DNA from: an uncultured Thiotrichaceae bacterium
Lineage (GTDB): Bacteria; Pseudomonadota; Gammaproteobacteria; SZUA-229
NCBI GenBank assembly: GCA_964522445.1
Contig: CAZFUY010000005.1
Coordinates: 1-52,129, forward strand
Direction of reading: 5' to 3'
Length of the DNA stretch: 52,129 bases
Shown: piece by piece, positions 47,602-52,129 of the stretch
Numbering within the stretch: the stretch's first letter is position 1
How the letters are laid out: every line of letters starts with the position of its first letter
Notes under the pieces: generated by a model
The model's database searches: none
The model's input: the letters and a program-made list of their open reading frames with translations, nothing else
Told to the model about the DNA's origin: nothing
Position numbers and translations under genes: made by a program

Positions 47602-48627
47602 ATGTATAAAAAAATAAAATTTCTTTTTAAGCAGTTTCTGTATTACTCTGGTTTTCTGAGCTTATTTCATAAAGTCAGAAATAGAAAAACTTTGACTGTA
47701 ATAATGCTACATAGAGTATTGTCCATAAATGATATTCGATGGAAGCAGGCTGATATGGACTGGACTCTTAGTGATATTTTTTACCAGGACTGCCTGTGTT
47801 TCTTTAATAAACACTATAATATTATTTCACTTGATGATATAAATTTATTCATTAATAAAGGAACACCTTTGCCTGATTATGCATTGTTAGTTACATTTGA
47901 TGATGGCTGGTCTGATAATTATGATTATGCATTAGATATTTCTCAGGATAATAATATTAATCCTTTACTATTTGTTACAACATCATCAATTGGTAAAAAG
48001 ATATTATCATGGCAGGAAGCTTTGTATAGCGCATGGAAGGTAGACTTGTTATCACCTTCATTAATAGAGTCAATATCGAATCTAATAAATTATCCTAAAA
48101 AAGTTATATATAATGAGAAAGATATTTATGGATTTATTAACGTAATTCAAGCCTCAAGCTCCAAAATTAAGACAGAGGTAAGAGAGCTGGCATATAACTT
48201 AGCAGGTGCCTTGCCAGGAAAAAAACAAATGTTATCAGTTGGTGAGTTAAAGAAACTTTTTGATCATGGTTTTTCAATGGGTACTCATGGTGTAATTCAT
48301 GAACCCTATACTCAGGTTAAATCAGCTTTAGATGATATGATAAAGAGCAAAGAACAACTCTCTAACATGATAAGCTCTACTAATGTTACTAGTATGTCTT
48401 TCCCGCATAGTCAATTAAATGATTCATTGATAAACTTGGCAGTTGAAGCAGGCTATACAACATTATTTACTGGTGATATTTGTCTTAATCGTATGAAAAG
48501 GTCTTCATATTGTATACTTGGCAGGTTGAATATTGATCAGAGTGACTTTTTATCTGCAAATGGACATTTGATCCCATCTGCAATGGCAATATATTTATTT
48601 AAACAAAATATTAAAGAAATACCATAA
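47602..48627 (+). CDS. Polysaccharide deacetylase (CE4)
   Basis: MLHRV, VTFDDGW, GTHGVIH, SFPH. Confidence 0.85.
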   Translation: MYKKIKFLFKQFLYYSGFLSLFHKVRNRKTLTVIMLHRVLSINDIRWKQADMDWTLSDIFYQDCLCFFNKHYNIISLDDINLFINKGTPLPDYALLVTFDDGWSDNYDYALDISQDNNINPLLFVTTSSIGKKILSWQEALYSAWKVDLLSPSLIESISNLINYPKKVIYNEKDIYGFINVIQASSSKIKTEVRELAYNLAGALPGKKQMLSVGELKKLFDHGFSMGTHGVIHEPYTQVKSALDDMIKSKEQLSNMISSTNVTSMSFPHSQLNDSLINLAVEAGYTTLFTGDICLNRMKRSSYCILGRLNIDQSDFLSANGHLIPSAMAIYLFKQNIKEIP

Positions 48628-48729
48628 ACTGATTTTTTTGACCAGATGCCTGCTAGATAAAATTGGAAAGTTAACGGGATAAGCGCATATAAATAGTTAT
48701 AAAAAATAATTCTACAAGGCACAAAATTA

Positions 48730-49338
48730 ATGATTGTTAAATTAATTAAAAATATTCTTTCTCATTTCTATAATAAAAAACCTACTGTTGAGAATATTGA
48801 TCAGGACGGATGGGATGAACGATATCGAAGTGGAGAATGGGACTATCTAGACCAATTGCACGAACTTGCACATTACTCAGTAATAGTTGGTTATTGCCAA
48901 CATTTGTTTCCAGATGGGAAATTTCTTGATGTTGGTTGTGGAGAAGGCATATTGCAGCAACGGTTATCAATTTTGCCTTATGAGAAATACACTGGAATTG
49001 ATTTGTCAAAACTTGCGGTTTCCAATGCTACTGAAAAATATGCTGACCATCGAACAAAATTTATAGCCGCAAATGCAGAAAAATTTGATGATCAATGCTT
49101 GTATGATCTTATTATATTTAATGAAAGTCTGTATTGCTTTGATGATGCTGTAAAAGTCCTTAATCATTATAAAAAAAGTCTTACCCCTGATGGGTTATTT
49201 GTTATTTCAATGCATGTCCAGGAAGTTAGTGAATATCACTGGGAAGAAATTGGACGTGATTTTAAGATAGTAGATTCCGTTGATGTTAAAAATGGTGAGA
49301 ATATATCCTGGAAATGTAAGTTAGTTAAACCTGATTAA
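48730..49338 (+). CDS. Class I SAM-dependent methyltransferase
   Basis: FLDVGCGEG motif I, YTGIDLS, YDLIIFNESLY. Confidence 0.85.
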   Translation: MIVKLIKNILSHFYNKKPTVENIDQDGWDERYRSGEWDYLDQLHELAHYSVIVGYCQHLFPDGKFLDVGCGEGILQQRLSILPYEKYTGIDLSKLAVSNATEKYADHRTKFIAANAEKFDDQCLYDLIIFNESLYCFDDAVKVLNHYKKSLTPDGLFVISMHVQEVSEYHWEEIGRDFKIVDSVDVKNGENISWKCKLVKPD

Positions 49339-49389
49339 GTTATTTGTTTTCTAGATAAATTATAATTATCTATTTCTAATCTAATGTTA

Positions 49390-50145
49390 TTAAGCCACTT
49401 TTATCAAGTTAAAATATTGTCGAAAAGGAAGTCCAAACTTCTTTTCCATTGTTGTAAAGTCAATTTTATATTTATCAGCAGGAATACCTTTGGTGGTTAT
49501 TAGCAGAATAACATTGCTCAATTTAACGGGTATTATGTATATATCATATTTAAATATTTTTCTAAGTTCATTAAGCCCACTATAATTAATATATTCGCTA
49601 CCAATAATATTTATACAAATGCAGCCATTAGTTGACAATAGTTCCTTTAATTCTAATATATGAGAATGTATGTTAACTGTAATATCTTTTCTATTTTCAG
49701 TTAAAAATAAATCAACAATAATTAGATCATATATAGTGTCTCTTTTTTGAGACAGAAATTCTTCTGCTAAACAGTAATCAACACTGAGACGCACATCATC
49801 AAGTGGCAGACTAAAATATTCTTCTGCTATCCTTGCTACTTCAGGTCTAAGTTCTACAGCATCAATACGGCTGTCAGGTAAAAAATGCAGTAAATATTTT
49901 GCAATAGAACCAGCACCAAGCCCAAGTATAAGAATCTTTTCTGGTGTGTGCCAACAAAGTGATGTCAGCATGGCTTGTGTGTATTTATGAATTAAAATAT
50001 TAGGGTTATATAGAAACATGCCTGTTTGTTGTGTGGTATTTCCAAAGTGCAGGCTGCGCAGTGTTTGTTTGTAATCAATTACTTCAATAGGGCCATAGTT
50101 ATCCCTGGTTGAATAAATTAATTGCCCACCATATTTGTTACTCAT
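49390..50145 (-). CDS. Spermidine-synthase-like SAM-binding protein
   Basis: RSLHFG..QQ, YTQAM, LILGLGAGS, DAVELRPEV, YDLIIVDLF. Confidence 0.8.
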   Translation of the reverse strand: MSNKYGGQLIYSTRDNYGPIEVIDYKQTLRSLHFGNTTQQTGMFLYNPNILIHKYTQAMLTSLCWHTPEKILILGLGAGSIAKYLLHFLPDSRIDAVELRPEVARIAEEYFSLPLDDVRLSVDYCLAEEFLSQKRDTIYDLIIVDLFLTENRKDITVNIHSHILELKELLSTNGCICINIIGSEYINYSGLNELRKIFKYDIYIIPVKLSNVILLITTKGIPADKYKIDFTTMEKKFGLPFRQYFNLIKVA

Positions 50146-50870
50146 TGAAGCGTTTTATATATCTCTTGTTGAGGTGCTTCTTCAGCTTTTATTTTAAAAG
50201 GTATAGCTAAAACAATAATGCCAACTAGTGGGTGATCAATATAATGAATCTCTTTGCTTCGCATTCTTCTTTCAAAAACTAATGGATAATCTCTGAAATT
50301 GTTAATGCTGTTTTCATCGGTATTTGTGTAAGTATTAAATGGCCTGGGTATTAATTTATGAAATATAAGATTGGTATTAATATGTAAATAACGGCTCATA
50401 ATTAAAGTTATATCACCATCGATATATGACTTGATAATATTGTCTGAATTTTCAGGATCAGTGTTATTCGTTATTTTCATTGGTAGAGCACTTTCTTTGT
50501 CCAGCCCCGGTTGCTTCCAGGCTTTATGTACAAGTATTCTGTAGTCAGGGCTTTTTTCGAGCTTTTCTGCCTGCTTGTTTAGTCGGTAACTTTCTTTCTC
50601 TATGTTTTCAAAAATTATTGGTTTAGCTTCTTCTATTTCAGATTCTATATTTTCTGTAGTTTCTTCGTCCGTTTTATCTGTATTTAATATTTCTGCATCA
50701 TCTTTTTTTTCTTCTATTGTTTCTGGCTCTGGCCATTTTTCAGAATGTTTATATGCACCTGTGGTATCTTCAAAAATTATAACTTCAACTTCATAGCCAA
50801 CATCATCAGCTAATGCAATATTGCCTGTTATTAAAAGTAATAGGGTACAAATTATAATGCTGGCCTTCAT
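50142..50870 (-). CDS. csiV: CsiV-family periplasmic peptidoglycan-binding protein
   Basis: Signal peptide, YEVEVIIFE, LVHKAWKQP, G.ITL..SRYLH, RRMRSKEIHYIDHPLVG; downstream of mfd as in many Gammaproteobacteria. Confidence 0.85.
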   Translation of the reverse strand: MKASIIICTLLLLITGNIALADDVGYEVEVIIFEDTTGAYKHSEKWPEPETIEEKKDDAEILNTDKTDEETTENIESEIEEAKPIIFENIEKESYRLNKQAEKLEKSPDYRILVHKAWKQPGLDKESALPMKITNNTDPENSDNIIKSYIDGDITLIMSRYLHINTNLIFHKLIPRPFNTYTNTDENSINNFRDYPLVFERRMRSKEIHYIDHPLVGIIVLAIPFKIKAEEAPQQEIYKTLQ

Positions 50871-52129
50871 CAGGCGGCCTCCTCAAAGGCAAGATGTTGA
50901 ATTGTCTGTTTTATAGTATCAATACGTTTCGCATAGTCATCCATTGACTTGCTGATGTATAGAGTATCTTTACCATTAAATTTATATACATCAGATTGCG
51001 TCTGAATAAGCATAATCAGTTTTGTGGTGTCGATTTTAGCATTTTCACTAAATACTATTCGAGCTGTTTCTTCAGTGGCATCTATTTTCTGTATGCCTAC
51101 TTCTTCTATTTCTAATTTCAATCGGGTTAGATCAAATAAATTTTTTGCGGTATCAGGTAATAAACCAAATCGGTCAATAAATTCCACACGTATCTCATCA
51201 AGATCAGCCTGAGATTTTGCACTGGATATACGCTTATATGATATCAGACGAATATGAATATCATAAATGTAATCATCTGGGAGCAGGGCAGGTATGCCAA
51301 GTTTAATTTCTGTGCCCTGATGCAAGGGTTTATCAAGGTCAGGTATATCACCAGATTTTAATGCCTTAACGGCTCTATCTAGTAATTCAGTATAAAGTGA
51401 GAAACCAATCTCCTGTATTTGGCCGCTCTGTCCTTCACCTAGTAGTTCGCCTGCACCCCGAATTTCAAGGTCGTGGGTTGCCAGAGTAAAACCAACACCC
51501 AGGTCTTCAAGAGATTCTATTGCTTCTAGTCTCTTGATAGCATCTTTAGTCATAACCGCTTCAGGGGGCGTGATTAAATAGGCATAGGCTCTGTGATGAG
51601 AGCGTCCTACACGGCCACGTATCTGGTGCAGTTGTGCCAGGCCTAGTTTGTCTGCTCGATTAATAATAATTGTATTTGCTGTGGGTACGTCAATGCCGCT
51701 TTCGATAATGGTTGTGCAAACTAAAAGATTAAAACGTTGATGATAAAAATCCAGCATTACCTGCTCAAGATCTCGTTCTCTCATCTGACCATGTGCAAAT
51801 TCAACACGTGCTTCAGGAATAAGTTCTTCAAGTTGCTTGCATACTTTGCCGATGGTTTTTACATCATTATGTAAAATATAAACCTGTCCGCCACGTTTTA
51901 TCTCTCGCAGGCAAGCTTCCTGAATAAGATTATCATTCCATTCAGAAAGAAATGTTTTAATTGCATGTCGTTGAGTGGGTGGTGATGCAATAATAGATAA
52001 ATCACGTAAGCCTGCCAGTGACATATTCAGTGTGCGCGGAATAGGCGTGGCAGTTAAAGTTAAAATATCAACTTCTGCACGTAAGTTTTTAAACTGTTCT
52101 TTATGTTTTACACCAAAGCGATGTTCTTC
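50870..52129 (-). CDS. mfd: Transcription-repair coupling factor, C-terminal part (5' end outside window)
   Basis: Frame is open to the window end (EEHRFGV..TLTATPIPRTL); GLAQLHQIRGRVGR, HDLEIRGAGELLG and TRCF domain. Confidence 0.97.
   Translation of the reverse strand, partial: EEHRFGVKHKEQFKNLRAEVDILTLTATPIPRTLNMSLAGLRDLSIIASPPTQRHAIKTFLSEWNDNLIQEACLREIKRGGQVYILHNDVKTIGKVCKQLEELIPEARVEFAHGQMRERDLEQVMLDFYHQRFNLLVCTTIIESGIDVPTANTIIINRADKLGLAQLHQIRGRVGRSHHRAYAYLITPPEAVMTKDAIKRLEAIESLEDLGVGFTLATHDLEIRGAGELLGEGQSGQIQEIGFSLYTELLDRAVKALKSGDIPDLDKPLHQGTEIKLGIPALLPDDYIYDIHIRLISYKRISSAKSQADLDEIRVEFIDRFGLLPDTAKNLFDLTRLKLEIEEVGIQKIDATEETARIVFSENAKIDTTKLIMLIQTQSDVYKFNGKDTLYISKSMDDYAKRIDTIKQTIQHLAFEEAA

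Overview
An AT-rich gammaproteobacterial-type region bounded by a partial tRNA-Arg(ACG) on the left and the housekeeping mfd-csiV-spermidine-synthase-like block on the right. Almost everything between (about 150-49340) is one large Wzx/Wzy-type exopolysaccharide locus of the kind normally linked to PEP-CTERM/exosortase A systems. It encodes a TviB-like UDP-HexNAc dehydrogenase, priming sugar transferase, Wza, split Wzc, OM barrel, ExeA-like ATPase, flippase, polymerase/ligase and 5 further glycosyltransferases. The tailoring set is large: 2 AsnB amidotransferases, an ACP/AMP-ligase/NadE-like/GNAT/VOC cassette, 4-5 deacetylases, 2 MBOAT-SGNH pairs, a CapK-like ligase plus acyltransferase-3, a kinase and a methyltransferase. 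No exosortase, PrsKRT or PEP-CTERM protein is recognisable in the window. The most novel-looking signal is a 4-gene surface module (41817-47556). A secreted beta-helix protein ends in an orphan FN3 'A-strand' (IPVPQNVTIT), two neighbouring lipoproteins carry FN3 domains that appear to lack that strand, and a paralogous beta-helix protein with its own lipobox lacks the tail. This suggests anchoring by beta-strand complementation. All family assignments come from motif recognition and memory, not database searches.
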